A DNA stretch of 64,000 bases from a virus: IMG/VR virus record IMGVR_UViG_3300045988_159113. One strand, given 5' to 3'. Below the pieces are notes generated by a model. That model did not search any database. It was not told the DNA's origin and saw nothing but the letters and a program-made list of their open reading frames with translations. Both the position numbers and the translations under genes were made by a program. Below, one piece after another: positions 1 through 14,600 of this stretch (position 1 is the first letter of the stretch; every line of letters begins with the position of its first letter).

Positions 1-3000
1 TAAGTTCTGGGCTAGATTTTACATAAGAATCTGCCATAAATGGAGAACCACCTATCAACAAATCCCATTTCCCGTTTGGCCTTAATATTGCACAAATCTC
101 TGCATTATGATTGATTCCATGTGGATCAATACCAAATCGAATTCCAAGAGTTCCGTCATCGTTAATCTTTGCAATATACTTTTGCGAACCATCGCTTGCA
201 ACCCAAGGAATCGGCATGAGTTCTAATTCTTCACCATCATATTCAATTTTGATTTTTGGATCACTCTCAAATGCAGATATGGCTTCGTCGATATTAAGAA
301 CAAATGAATCTATTCCGCTATTAACGTACCCATTATTGTTTAATATATCAAAAAGCTATTCAAACGATAGTGTGTTGATATCTCCATTTTCATCAATATA
401 TTGAATAGTGTTTGCGTCTTCGTCAAAATTTAAAATAGTGATTTTTTTATCTGTAGTTGAATAAGACAACCCCTACGTGACACTTGCCTTGAATACATCA
501 AATGCAGAAGGAATAACCGGTGGAGGAGTTAATTTGATTAAACCTCTAGTGATTCGATCGTTAAACTCATCATAATCCATTGTGTGTTCTGTTGTTGCAT
601 CTGAGTATTTAATATCTACCTATTTTGTAGCTTTTACTACTACATCAATAAATGTATGCTCCTCTATTGTTCCAGGCGAAGTTTCCATGTAAAATTTAAT
701 GCCTGGAGTGTATCCTTTTGCTTGCATCTCGCCAAGTCTTAAAGACCTTTCGATTGCCATTTCTGCTGCATTCCACGTAGTTCTTGGAGCATGGCCTCCT
801 CCAGTTCCACCACTAGGACTTGGTCCAGAACTAGGTGCTGGAGATGGACCTGATCCAGGTACAGAAGTAGTTGGTCCGGTTCCAGGAGTAGGACTTCCTC
901 CAGGTGCTGGAGATGGACCGCTGCCTGGTGTAGGACCAGAACCAGGAGTAGATCCTTGAGTAGTAGGTGCAGCAATAACTGTTCTTTCTTTGTATTCAAC
1001 ATCATCACTGGCATTTGCCAATGCTGCAGTCAAAATTGTTTCTTTCTTTATTGCGTAGTTTTCAATTGCTTTTTCTGAAAGTTTTTCTAATTGATACGAA
1101 GATTCTTGTTCACAACTCAAATTTATACGACCAGAACCATCGATTGATTGAATATTCGGATATACAGTATTCCCTATGCTGTTCGTAAAATTTAAAATAG
1201 TAGCAATTTCAGAACGAGTTTGTGCAGTATATAAATCTTTCAAGAATGATTTCGTACTTTTACTTTTTTCAGATCCTACGTCATCAATGTTAAAATCAAC
1301 AATGTAATATTTACCTTCAGATCCTTGAGCAGATGTACCAGGATACATTTCTATTTTATCAGCATAATGAGTTGTCAAATATTTGTACATGTCACTATTT
1401 GTGTCATTATAGATGTATCCAACTTTTTCTCCATCTGCTAATTTTGCAAACATTGAATCTATAAATTTATGGTCAGCGCTAGGATTTATTGTTTGAATAA
1501 AATCACCAATCAAACCTTCATCATTAGAATAGTAATATTTTAGTTTTACATCACCACCAGATTTGTTTTCTTGTAATGTTAAAAGCTGTTTCCCATTGAT
1601 GTTCTTCAGATTGTTTCTTGTGCGCATTGAGAGTCCCATCTTGTAACTATGGCAAAAATTTTGACGTTCAATTTCGCTTTCCCATTTATACATTACACCA
1701 TTCAACTCTACATCAAATGCACCATATGACTATGACTGATTTGTGTCACCAGATATAATTACAGCAATACCATGTCTTTCTGCAAATTTTTGTAGAAGAT
1801 CAAGTTCACAACTATTGAATTGTGAAATTTCATCTATTATTATAATTTTTGGAGCATCACTTTTTGTTGATACATTAAATTTGGCGCGAAGTTCATTTTC
1901 ATCATCAAATTCAAGATCTTCACTTTTAACATTAATTGTACCATCTTCGTTTACGCTGTATATTTCATAATCTGGTGCAGCATATTTCATCAGCTATTTT
2001 TTATTCATTACATTAGCTGAATCTACACCACAATCTTCTGCAAGTTTTTGTGATTTTTCTGTAGATTTTACATTGTCTGCATCATTATATCTATCTGCAC
2101 CATGACAAACAATTGCGCCTTCAAGAAGATCAGGACGATATTTCTTGATCATGCTTACAACCATAGCGTCACACGCTGTAGTTTTTCCAGTTCCAGGACC
2201 TCCTTCATTAAGCACAAAGTTTTTGTATCTGAAAAAGCCAAATACATTCATGATGTATTTATCGTTCTCTGGTTTCAGCAAATTTGCATATTCCCTCTTA
2301 AAATTCTTTATTGCTCTTTTATCTGCTTCTGAAAAACTAGCCCATTCTTTCATTATGGCCTTCTTGACCGCAGACTCAAACTTTGTATACATATCACCAT
2401 TGAACACAAACGCAACTTGGTTCAAAATATTTGCCTCTTGTGTTGTTATTGGAGCATATTTTGAATTTATGGATTTTCGTGTATTCAAATACATTTTGTG
2501 TAGCTTGCTTGACTTTACCGCTGCACATCTCATTAAATATGTAACAAAAGCAATAGGATCAACTTCATTCAAATTTTTTGTCAATGAATAGGTCTTGTTT
2601 TCATAAAGATTCAATTTTCTTGGCTTAATAATTCTTGCCAGTTCATCTTCTGTTAAGCTATTAAATAAATCGTAGAGTTTGTCCTCAATTCGAAGAGACT
2701 ATTTTGTTATATTGATCTATTCTTCTTGACTTGGTACTGACGTGATTCCAGAATCTAGCAATCCCTACAAAAGATTGCTTTTATTCTCTAGAATATCTTT
2801 CAATTCCTTAAAATGAACGTTGTTTTTTATATCATCGTCATCATCGTCCAAAATCTACACAAATGTTTTCACGCCTTTGAAATTCAATCTGTGCAAATTC
2901 ATTGACACTTTATCTTGTTCTTGTAATTTCTGGCCTTCGTTTATATCCATCAGTGTCTTAGCAAACTAAACTTTTGCTATAAGAGCATCAACATCATTCA

Positions 3001-6000
3001 GAAAAACATCAGCTATATCTTTATCAATCTCGGCTAAATCTGTCCAATCCTCAGTACCCTATGCATGATTGATATCATTCAATGCTTTACTATATCCATA
3101 TATATTTAAAATGTCAGCATTATCAACTCTTGATCCACTGATAGCAGCACGATACATTTTTAGTAATTCCAAAGCATTATCAAATGCTTCACGCATTGTT
3201 GGATCAAACTAGACATCTCGCAAATTATGCTTTGCATTGTCCATTGCTGTATATGCAGCATTTATTAATTGGAGGATATCAGTGTACTATCCAGTCAAAG
3301 CAATTGAAAATTGTTTCAGACTTTCAGAGATTGGAGAATTCGCCTTTTCTCGTATAGCTATTTCTGCAGCTGCGAGTTTACTCTGTAATGATGTCAATCT
3401 ATCTATTACAATATCTTCGTCTTCAGGTGACAAAAATTCACCTGTTCCTTCTGTTAATTTCTTTAGTTTAGTTTTTACGTTTTCGTTTAAATTTTTTAAA
3501 AATGTCAAAAGTGCAGATTTTACTTCTGGATGCAAAAATTCCTAAGATGTAAACTTTTCAATAATTGAATCAAAATTATCGTAGAGTATGTTTTCTTGTT
3601 TATCCTAATAATCTTTTTGTTTTAGTTCTAGTTTTTCTTGTAAAGCTGGAATAGTTGGATCTGAATCATCTAATTCAGCGATTTGCTATTTGATATTATC
3701 AATTTCATCAGAAAGTGTATTCAAAAGTCCAATTTCATATCCCGATCCCTCTTGCTCTGTCAAAAATTCTTTGAGATAGTTTTGTTGAGAGCCTATTGCA
3801 TTCTGTGCATTTTCCATCCAGATATCTTCGCCAAGTTCTGTTGGCATATTAGACATCATGTACAGTTCATGAATCAGCTAAGTAAGACCTCCAACGGTTG
3901 CGTTGTTAGCCTGTGCTTTATATGCATCAGCCTAAGTTGATAAGATATTGCTTGTTCCGCGCAATACATCAACAAATTGTGTAGCAATGTCATGTATTTT
4001 TTGTTTACCTTCTCCATTTTTCAATTCGTTAAACTTCGCAACAGCATCGCTAATTTCAGACTCAGTTAATTCATTGTATTTTTTATCGTACAATTTTTCT
4101 GCATATAGCGGTAAGATTACAGTTGTCAATTGTCCACTCAATGCGGTATTCATTTCAAATAATGCATCTTGTATGTATTTGGCAGCGTGCTTTCCATTTA
4201 CGAAATCTTGCACTTTCTTTTGTGCTTTTTCATAATCTTCAGTAAGTTTCTTCAGCTGATTTTCCTCAATTATAGTAGTTTCCTCTTTCCTTTCCGCTGC
4301 TTTTTTAGCATCTGTTTCTGGTTCGTGCGAATGTTGAAAATCATTCAATAATTTAGAAGCTTTAACTAAATCCGTGCATGCTGTGTTAAATTGCTACAAG
4401 TACATTCCTGCTGTTGTTGCTTTTCTTAAAGCATAGAAACGTAAATCTTTCAACGCACTCTAATCCAAGAAACTATCGTCATCAATAGCAGCACCTTCGG
4501 CATTAAGAGTGTCAACTATCAAATCAACCTATTTTTTTACTGCATTCTTTATATCGATAGTTTGATTGTGTTTTTTATCGCCTGGTTTATAGATAATGTT
4601 GCCATCTTCATCTGTCGTAGTTTCGAAAGTCAAGCGTTTGTTTCCAATTTGTAAATCATTGAAATCCATTTTGTCAATTGACTTTTTAAACTCAGAAACT
4701 TGTTTCGGATCTCTGCATATACTGACCAATTCCTATATAGCTGTATCATAATCAAGGGATTTCATATATCGCATACCTTGATAGCTGGTGAATGCGTTTG
4801 TAAAACTACCACCAGCCATACCGCCAAAAAATGACATGAGATATCGGTCTTTTGCATTTTCCCAGGCCCCCATCTTATGCTCATCGTCTCCCTGCAACCA
4901 CTTTACTGTATTATAGCAAGATTTTGTAAAGTCAGCAGAAAGTTCCTCAATAACCTCTTCTATACCTTCGCCAAGTCCACCAGCCAATGTCGCTTTTGTC
5001 ATAAGGCCAGGTGTGCCATTGGCATATTCTGCCTTTGCTATCTTTTTACCAATATTGAACAAGCGATATATGTATTGCTTTTTACCCTCATTTGGCAATT
5101 TCTTGATTGAACGCTCAACAAGGTCACCTCCGGTGTCTTTCATATCTTGAGTGATAGCTTTAACTAAAGCCTTGTTTTTGAATTTATCAGCACGTAATTC
5201 AGGCAAGATCCATTCTCCTATTCCTGTATTTAAGATTGCGGCTTCTTGTGCAGCATACCCAATAGCGACCATTGCAGCTTCAAGATCAGTTGCTCCAGCT
5301 TCTTTTGCTTCACCATAAGTATCTAATGTTGTGATACCGTTCATGTAGGCCTTACTAAGTACTTCGCCAACCTTTTGATATCCTTTCAGGAAAGTGTTCA
5401 TGTCTCGCTCTGCATTTATTGCAGCCACAGCCAACAACTCATTTCTCGCTTTATCTGCTGAAAACTGATCAATAAATGTCCGCGATTTAGTGAGATCTTG
5501 AAAACGCCTCTCTGCAGCTGTTTTATATGCTTTTTCTATTTCTGCTGCTTTCTTCATTTGCCTTGATTCACTAGCGCCACCAATACCTTTGAAAAGAGCT
5601 GGTGCTTTCTCAAACAAGAAACGTTGTTCTTTTAGCTATGCTGCAACATCTCCTATCAGATTGATCCAGTTTTCAAGACACCAAGTGTTTTCCTGTGCAT
5701 ATTCACTTTTTGCCATCTGCCTGTTTAAAGACTTAGACCAACCTTCCATTGCAGATAATGTTGGACTATCGCTTCCAACAAGGATCTTACCAAGTGTTCC
5801 AAATAAGCCAACAGCTTGTGTTGCCACAGATAATCCGGCAACAGCTGGTCCAACATATGGAATGAACATGGTACCAACCAGTGCAGCATTTTTCAATAAA
5901 GTTTTGCCAACACCATTTTCTTCAAGATTATCAGAATCAAAAAAGTCGTATTTGTTCCAATCTGAACCGTCAACTGTTAAGGTATTCAATTTACTCAATA

Positions 6001-8608
6001 CACGCCTACCATAGATACTTCTGCCATCAAGATTTTCATAATAGAACGTGCCATTGTCATTGAGTTTCAAATCTCCTTTTTTATGTTCAATTGTTTCTCC
6101 GCTTATAGGATCCTTATGTGTTCCATCTTCGTCCCATTGTGCAAGCACACGAGTATCAAAGAAATCAGTGAAAAAGCTATCATTTGGAGAATCATGGTAA
6201 ATCGGTGCTGCGCCATTCTCAACTTCAACTGGATTTGCAAGTACTTTTTCTGCTTGCGCTATTTCATCAATTGACTTTGTCCTTTTACCAGGTTTACCAA
6301 GTTCGGCTATGCTGCTAGTAATTTGATAAGGATTTGACGCTTTGACAAATTCAGAATCAAAATCATCTCTCCTTTGCTTGTCAGGTGCGAAAAAGTTATC
6401 ACGATGAAATGAAACAAAATTTGAAAAATCCTGTTCTTGTTCCTATGTTGCCATTACATTATACATTGACAACACATTATCATAGAATCCTTTGAATTCT
6501 TTTTCATTAAAATTCCCACTTTCTGTTTTAAAAGCCTACTGTACCAATTCGTTACTTTTGTATTCATCGTAGTCTTTTACAGTGCTATTGTCTGCAGTAA
6601 TTCCAACAGTCTATAAATCACCCATGCTAAGGGTCGGATTTACGAGCACGTTAAGCAGCAAATCATTTTTCTTTTCCTCATTCATATGTCAAAGTTTTGA
6701 AGGATCAACATACCTTGCTTTTACATCATCTTTGTGTTTAGTTATCTATTGCTATGTCTCTATTACCTATGAATATGCAGGAGGTAACTTCTCACCTGAT
6801 CCAGATTGGGCAGAGAAATAATCAACTTTGACTGGAACAAATACGGTTCCTTTGTAATAGTGATCATGACCATTCCAATCGTACCAGTTATCTTCATCAA
6901 ATTCAAATCCTCCTTCACCATCTTTCTCCCAGTTATTCGCTTTCTTAATTTGGGCTGTGATATTTTTGATTCTATTGTCATCCTTAATCTCTTCCAGATA
7001 TTGATTTTCATCAAAATCAGCATCACCCATTGCCTTATCATATGCTATAGCATTGATGACTCCAAATCTTCTCCATGCTCCATTTTTTATCAACTGACCA
7101 GTCTTGTCATATGCAACCGGCAATTGATGTTGCTGATATACTTGGTTTATTTCGTCGACATGCTCAGCAATCTATTCTGGACTATTCATCAAGATACCTT
7201 TTTCTCTAAGTTCCTGATCAGCTTTCGTCTTCCTTTGCATAGCATCAAAATCTGGAGCAATCTCTCCTTGCTGTGCTTTCTCTAAATCAATAGGCATATC
7301 TACAGAATGAATAACGCTGTCATTGGTCAACACTTGATTCATTGTTTCAGGATTGAGTTTTTGACCGCCAATTGATGCATTAGTCCAATCAAGTATTCCT
7401 GTATACTGACTTTTTGTAATATCCTATATTGTTGAAATAGCGCCATATGGTGTGCCCTCTTTTGACACAATTGGTAAATCATTACCGAAAGTTTTAATGC
7501 CATCCACGGTTTGGTTTTGAATAACAAACTAGCTTTTGTTTCCGTAGCCAAGCATCCACTATGTTGCCACATTCATATCCTATCCATCTTTTGTTGCAGT
7601 AGCTTTTGCTCCTGGCTTATTTCCTGTTGTATCTTCTACAAGATTGCGATCAATAGTTTGTTTTGAAGATGTCGTCATTCCGACCTTCTGTCCAATGATG
7701 ACATTCTTGATATAATTCAGCGCTTCTTTATCACTTGCCTTTCCGCTTTTAATATGCAGCAACTATTTCGCATTTTCTGGCAATTGGTTATATATATAAC
7801 TGATTGCTTCCTGTGCTTGTCTTGCCTGTGTCTCTGTTAAAGATTTAATCTTATACAAGCCATCAACAGAAACAGACGCAATATCTTCGCCATTGTATGC
7901 CTTTTCAACAAGAGCCTATAAAGCTTGCTGTCTTTGCTATGTCTTTTTTGATATGTACTGACTTGATGATTCTTCATCTTTCCCTAGACTCATCATGTAC
8001 TATTTGATAAGTTTGTCAACTTGCTCTAACCCAATGCCATTGTTGACTATTTCCATTACCGTATTATCATATGCTGAATTTTTATTTTGTGCTCTATAAT
8101 CCAACAGATTAGAATTTGTGTAAAGGCTATATTTGCTTGGGTCCTGCAAATATGTTTCTATCTTTATTGGTTTAGGCTCATTTTTTTCGTTACGAACAAA
8201 CACATATCCTCCTTGTCCTATAGCAACCTCATTTAGGCCCTTGTTCTAGCTCACAGTCTTGTATGCTTTATCATATTCCTGTTTATTAAATTCTGCGCGT
8301 TTAAGGTCATGCATAGCACTAAGATATTGTGTCGATAAATCACCAGTGCTTATTCCGAGATCTTGCAAGTCAAAAAACCTTGACAATCTGGAGTATATCT
8401 GTTCCATATCAGAAGGTAAACCTTTAATATTTCCAAGAAGATTCATCAAGTCCTTATTCGTAAGTTGTCCCTTGTCTTCTTTTGTTTTTGTTGTAGTATC
8501 ATCGGTTTCCACTTGTCTGGATAGTCCCAAATCAACAGTCACTGGCCTATATACTGAGAACGGGGGCATTGATCCCCCGCTCTACATCTAGTTAATTTTA
8601 TATATCAT
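1..8608 (-). CDS. Giant virion-associated protein B, partial (>2,860 codons; 3' end lies beyond the window start), read with TAG=Gln; contains an SF1-helicase-like P-loop NTPase module
   Basis: Twelve track ORFs (620..1705 through 8246..8569) share one minus frame. The junctions I hand-checked (620, 1730, 1994, 5636) are single TAG codons. Hand translation of 2..620 and 2614..2790 in that frame shows TAG but no TAA/TGA; other gaps not scanned. ATG 8606-8608 overlaps the upstream TGA (ATGA). Walker A GPGTGKT ~2186-2206; Walker B IIIIDEISQ and GDTNQ ~1736-1846; DADFD (DxDxD) ~7010-7024; Gly/Ala-rich hydrophobic stretch ~5700-5900; P/G/S/T linker ~740-960. Confidence 0.75.
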
Positions 8609-11600
8609 TTTATGAATCGTTTAATTGCATTCAATTCATCCTTTGACAATCTATCTATTGATTTTGATAATAATTTGCAACTATCAGCTATTTGCTTTGC
8701 AAGTCTATCATTGTTACTTTTTGATCTTTTCACATCAGTATCATCTATTTTTATGCCTTTCTTTGCTTCTGGTATACCTGTAACAGTATAGCTATCAATC
8801 GATCTCTTCGTGGGTGAACCAGAACGCAAATCCATCATATTGTATAATTTCAAGCCCTTTCTCTTAGCCAATTCATTATATATATCAATCTTGTCTTGCA
8901 GTCCTTTTGTTGCTTCGTACTATTGCAATTGAAGCTTCCTCTTGTAGAATTCCTCAGGTGAAATATTCGGATCAAGCAGCGATTTCTTCAGCTTGTTATA
9001 TTCAGGTCTGCTGTTCATCCATTGCTAGAAATTAAGTGGCATCATTATACTATCATACTTGTTTTGTGCATATTCTTTCTTTTGGCGATCTTGCGCCCAA
9101 AGCGTTCCACGCGTATTTTGAATTGCACCAAGATAATTCTGCGTGCTGTCATTGTCATATGCAATATATGCTGACTTTGCCCTTGTCTTATTGTTTGCAA
9201 GTTCTGCTAATGCAGCACTATTCTATGTCTATGTCTTGAGATTATCCTGATATACATTTTGATTCAGACTGAGCTAATTTTCACCAGTCTTGTACATCCG
9301 ATCATTATATATAGCATTGCCCTGCATATTCATCTTACCAGCTGTACTTGCACCTTCAAGTGCTGCCGCATTGTTTATATTTGCATCAGATGACTTTGCT
9401 TTTCCAGCTTGTGATTGAATCTGTGCGCCTTGCTATCTTTGACTCTCTTGACCGAGGTAATCACCATATGTATATCGGTGCATGTTCATCGGATTCTTTA
9501 ACGAAGTCCTGATGTTCAACATTTCCTGAAGTCTGCGCTTGTTATTCTTTCTGTTAGAAAGATAACGACCAAATCCAAGTGCATCGTATGCAAGCTTATT
9601 CATATTGCCATCAAGATAGGTTCGCACTTTGTTGAGCCAATTACTACCTTCGCCTTCTCCATCTCCACCAGTATTGAATCCACCACCGCGTCCGGTATTT
9701 TCTCCAGTAATCTCTCCAGCTGCAGGTTTTGGTTTCCCTTCATTCATTAATGAATTAGCCTGTTCTTCTGTTAACTTTGCAATATCACCATTGGCTTTTT
9801 TATATACATATGCAGTTTCACCATTTGACAATTTAATAGGATGAATTCTTGACATCTTACCTTCAAGTGTATCCTTGTCCCACTCTGTCTTATATCGGTC
9901 CATTCGACGCATCCAGGTTTGGGTTCCCATTGTGTCATCGATATTGTCCTGATATCCAATGTTCCAGTTTATACCTCTATTATTTGAATTTTGGCTTCTA
10001 TTATAGAACATCTATTTGAACAATCGGTTGTGATCTTGTATATTCTGGCCTTTATCGGTGTTTGCACTGTATGCCGTATCTATAGTTGAGCCATCAGGCT
10101 GCACACCCCAGAAACTCCTGATCTTACCAGCATCTGTGTTGTAATGACTTATGAAATCATCGATATTGTCAGTGTTATATGCTGTTTGATAGTATCGCTG
10201 CAAATCATCGCCTACTATATCTGCTTGTGATGTATATGCGTCATTTTTTGCAGCAGCCTGTCCAAGATCGAAATTTTTATTGTGATCATTTGCATTCAAA
10301 TCAGAATTTGCAAACTGGTTCCTATTTCTAAGATTTGCATTTCCAAGATTCTTCTATTTCCACAGGTCATTATACCATGCCCAATCTTCTGGGTTCTGTA
10401 CAACTTTATCTCCGTCTGCAGCCTTTAAGATGCCACCTTTAGCGTTAGATGATATGGCGGTGGAATCAATATCATCTGAGGTAAAATTTACGTCACGCAA
10501 AGATCTCATGCGTTCAAGAACACCACCATGCTTAAATGGAGGTGCTGTTGTTGTACTGCCTCCAGCGGGTGTTGGTGCAGTAGTAGCTGATGGTGGCGTT
10601 GTTGGTGCAGCAGTTCCTCCAGTTGGAGCTCCGCCTGTTGTTGGCGTGGTAGTAGTACCGCCTCCTGTGGTGGGTGTCACTGCAGGTCTCGGCCTTGGAC
10701 GTGTTGTTCTCGGTGCTTTTACTTTAATCTCTATTGAATCATCGGCATTCATGATTCTATCCATCAAATTGTCAAGATCAACAAATGAACCACGCTTTGC
10801 TTTCCTTATCGCATTAGCAAATTCAGCTTCAATGTCAGCTACTGTTTTACTTGTTCCGTGAACTTCTTGCAAAAGATAATTTTCTATATCGATTTTTACA
10901 TCTCTGCCATTCACATCATGCAAATTTTCTGGAAGCATATCTTTTAATCTGTCAGTCACAACATCAATATCTCCAAGAATCTGATTTTTCTCTGTTTCAG
11001 TTTTGACGGTCAATTTCCCTTTTAGCTTTGTGCTTAATTTATTATTAGCTGCGGCAATCTAACTTTTAGCAGCATTTTCTGCTCTTTGTGCGTTTGCTTT
11101 ATTTATTGCGTCCTTTGTTTGAGCTCTACGTTCAATAAACTGTCTTGTTTTTGTATTGAGTTCATATTCACTCATATCTGGATGTCTTGTTTTCAGATTA
11201 TCTCGTCTTGCTTGTGCGTATGTCTATATTTCTGCAATTTCGTCAGGATCGAAACCATAGCTTGCAACTTTTCTGGCTGTTGCTTTCTCTGCGGCTTCAT
11301 CAGTACGTATAAGTCTTAACTCGTTCTGTATATCTATATCTGTCAATGCAGAACCTGTTCCAGTTTTAGAAAACTCATCATTGTTTTTGTTTATATAATC
11401 ATTGAGTTTCTGCTTTTCAGAATTTGTCAATCCTCCACGTGTAGCCTCTGCTGCTTCTAAACGGTCAAATGCTGATTTGTTAGCATTATATCTATCTCTT
11501 AAAGCTCTAAACTCAGCCTCTGATACGGTAGAGCCAGCCGCTCTTGCTCTAAGCTCTGCATTATTAGACATTTCTGAACCAGCTGATGCCTTCCATGCTT

Positions 11601-14600
11601 CAAGCTCGCCAAGGGATTTTGCAGTATCAAATTTAGTTTGAAGTTCTGCGTTTACAAGTGCAGTATGCGTAGGATCATTCGATAATTTATAAACAGCCGT
11701 GACATCAGAATCATCAGCTGCTGCTATACCATTGCGACGTGCATAATCAGCAAGATCATTCAGTTTTGTTCTTGATGTAGTAGTAGCGTATAAATCATCA
11801 GCTATCAAATTGCCGGCTGCATCTTTTGCACCATATGTTCCAACTCTTCCCTCAATGAGTCTTTGATTTGCAATTTCTCCAGACTTCAAGCCTCTACCCA
11901 TATCTTCGCGAAGCATCAATGCTATATCTATGTCATCAGCATATCTTGGCGTTGCTGCGTTCGGATCAAAATTAGGATCAATCTTGCCGGAATAATATTC
12001 ACGAAGTGCCTTCTGCTGTTCAGGATTAAGACCATCAAAAAGATTGTCCATGATCTTTGGACCAGCTCCTGCAGTTCCTTTCAGATATTCTTTCGCAAGT
12101 TGTGTCTTCTTATATTGAGGCTGTGGGCCATGCACTCTTTCATAATCTGCTATATAATCAAGCACTGGCTGCTTATCTTTTCTTGTTCCAAACCAATCCT
12201 GGAATTGCTTTGCATCATATGCTTTTGTTCCGGGTTTTCCAGCCTGTTTTTCAATCTCTCTTTCAGTTATTATTTTGTTATCGAGCATATTATCAGTCCT
12301 TGTTCTAACTGCTCCCATGCCACGCGACATTTCAGCATTGGTATTGAGGTAATCCATGGCCCAACCTAAACCTTTACCTAAGTATGCGCGATCAGCTGCT
12401 CTTTGGCCAACTCTCATTCTAAGATTGCGCAATCCATCGGCAGTCTTTGGATCATAAGCGTACCCACTTTTAGTTTTCATTCCATCCCAGAATCCAACCT
12501 CATCGGTAAAGTCTCCAATCTTCGGACCACGTTTGAAATGACTTGTCCAACCTGTTGCCTTAGTCCAACCATCAGGCATAACAACAGGAGCATTTGGATT
12601 TACACCAACAGATATATCATGAGCTTTTACTTGGTTCAATCCTTCAAATTTAGATTTGGCAGCATCAAGTCCAGCAACTTCCTATAATTCAGCAAGTTTT
12701 GTATCATATGCTGTCTTTTCTGCAGCACTCAAACTTGATATTTCAGTATCGGCAGGCTTGCCGATTCCTTTCATGACTTGATCTTTGCCTATTGCATCAG
12801 CTGCCGTCTTATATGCTGAACGCATATTCTTTTGATCCTATACGCTCAGTTTTATTTCTGCTGCATTACCGTCTACATCAACCATATTCAAAACTTTTGG
12901 AGATGTAGGATCAGCATTGTTTGTCAACCAATTGCCAGCATGGACATCATCACTCCAAAGTACATTTGCCTAATGTCTTGTGTTAGAGTACTACAATGCT
13001 TGTTCTGGAGTTCCTGCTTTAGCCCAAGCTTCACCGACAGCCTTATTGACACTTTCTGATGTTGCGCCTTCTGCTTTTACAGCTTTATCAAAAGCTGCCT
13101 TCATTGCTTTCTTCTGCTTAGCTGATACTTTTATCTCGTTGCCATTAGCATCAGTGAAAAGGAAACTATTGCCACGTCCTGCGCCTTCTGATGTTGATGC
13201 CATAGGCTGATAAAGACCTCTAAATGCAGCCTTCGCATTTCTACCAGGAGATAATGCAAGGATAGGATCACTGACAAACGCTGCTGCTTTTCCTGCTATA
13301 TTATTGCCAAATTTAGCTGCAGCTTGTCCAGACAGTGATTTGGTACCAGTAGCAGCTCCGGAAGCCATAGAATAATAAGCATCAAGTTCTCGTGCTTCTT
13401 CGTGAGAAAGCGTGCCTGCTTTATCCTTTGCTCTCAACTCCTTGATTCTATCGAGATTTGACAGAACATTGTAAGCACCCAAGCCTGTCATTCCGAGCTG
13501 TGCTGCTGCCTTTCCTGCTTTTACAAGACCTCCACCAGGTATGAGCATCAAGCCGGTCATTCCTGCGTTTATAGCAAGGTTGCGCATCATCTCACTACGC
13601 GATACGCTGTCATCCATTGCATCAGCTATTAAGTTGCCGACTGTTCCAGCTGTTCCTCCAATGGCACCTATAGCATTACCAATAACAGGAACAAAAGAAG
13701 CAATACCGCTTGCAATATCAAGGTTTGTGCTCCATTTGCGAAGAGATGAACCTTTTTGAGTTCCGGCTTTTTGCTTGCCTTTCTTTACATCTTCAACAGA
13801 CATATTCCTGGCCTTAGCTTCTGCTTCGTATCTCAGTTCACGTTCTGCATCGTTCTACTGATTAGCTTGCTGTCCAAGAGCTGCAAGATCATAACCACTA
13901 GCAGCTTTGATAATTCCACCTGTACGCAAAGCTTCAAGTTTAGCACCATATTTAGCCCAGACATGAGCGCCTCCAGCTGATGTTCTACGACGTCTTGGAT
14001 TCTTCTTTTGATATTCAGATTTTAGATACTGGTATAAAAGTGGAGTTTCTGAATCACTCACATGTACTCTAGAGAATTGTTTTGTTTTCTTGTTGTACAT
14101 CAAAGCGGTTCCGTTCTCGTAGTTTATTGTTTTGTTAAGATAGAAACGATCCTCGTCAACAGGCGTGATATAAGAAGGATTCTTTTCAAATTCCATCATG
14201 ATACCACGCAAAATATTAGAGTTGGTCATTCCATTGGGGCCTAATTGGTTAGGATTAATACGCTGTCCATTCATAACCAACTCGAGCAACTTATCTGCAT
14301 ACTGTGCGTTTCTCTGATCAGAAAGCCAAGATGGTGTAGAATCAGCCTCGCTAGTTCCAGAAATGCCGCTCCATTTATCATGCATTGCCTGATCCCAAGC
14401 TCTGGTATCAAGTTGCTGCTCTTCATTGAATGTGTCGCCTGTCCATCCCCAGTGATTGTTTGCCCAATTCTAATAGTTGCGATTGTATGTTGCATCTCCG
14501 TATTTTCTATCTTTCCAATCTTCCGTGAATTCCTGAAGTGCTGCACGGTACTCTTCTTGAGTAATAACTCCTGCCTTGAGCTCTGCATCAAGCTCCTTCT

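Noticed and set aside
7010-7024. Calling giant protein B the virion RNA polymerase outright.
   Set aside because: The only evidence is a DADFD pentapeptide and genomic position. The same protein has hydrophobic Gly/Ala-rich stretches more typical of ejection or tape-measure-like proteins. I keep this as a hypothesis in the findings, not as an annotation.
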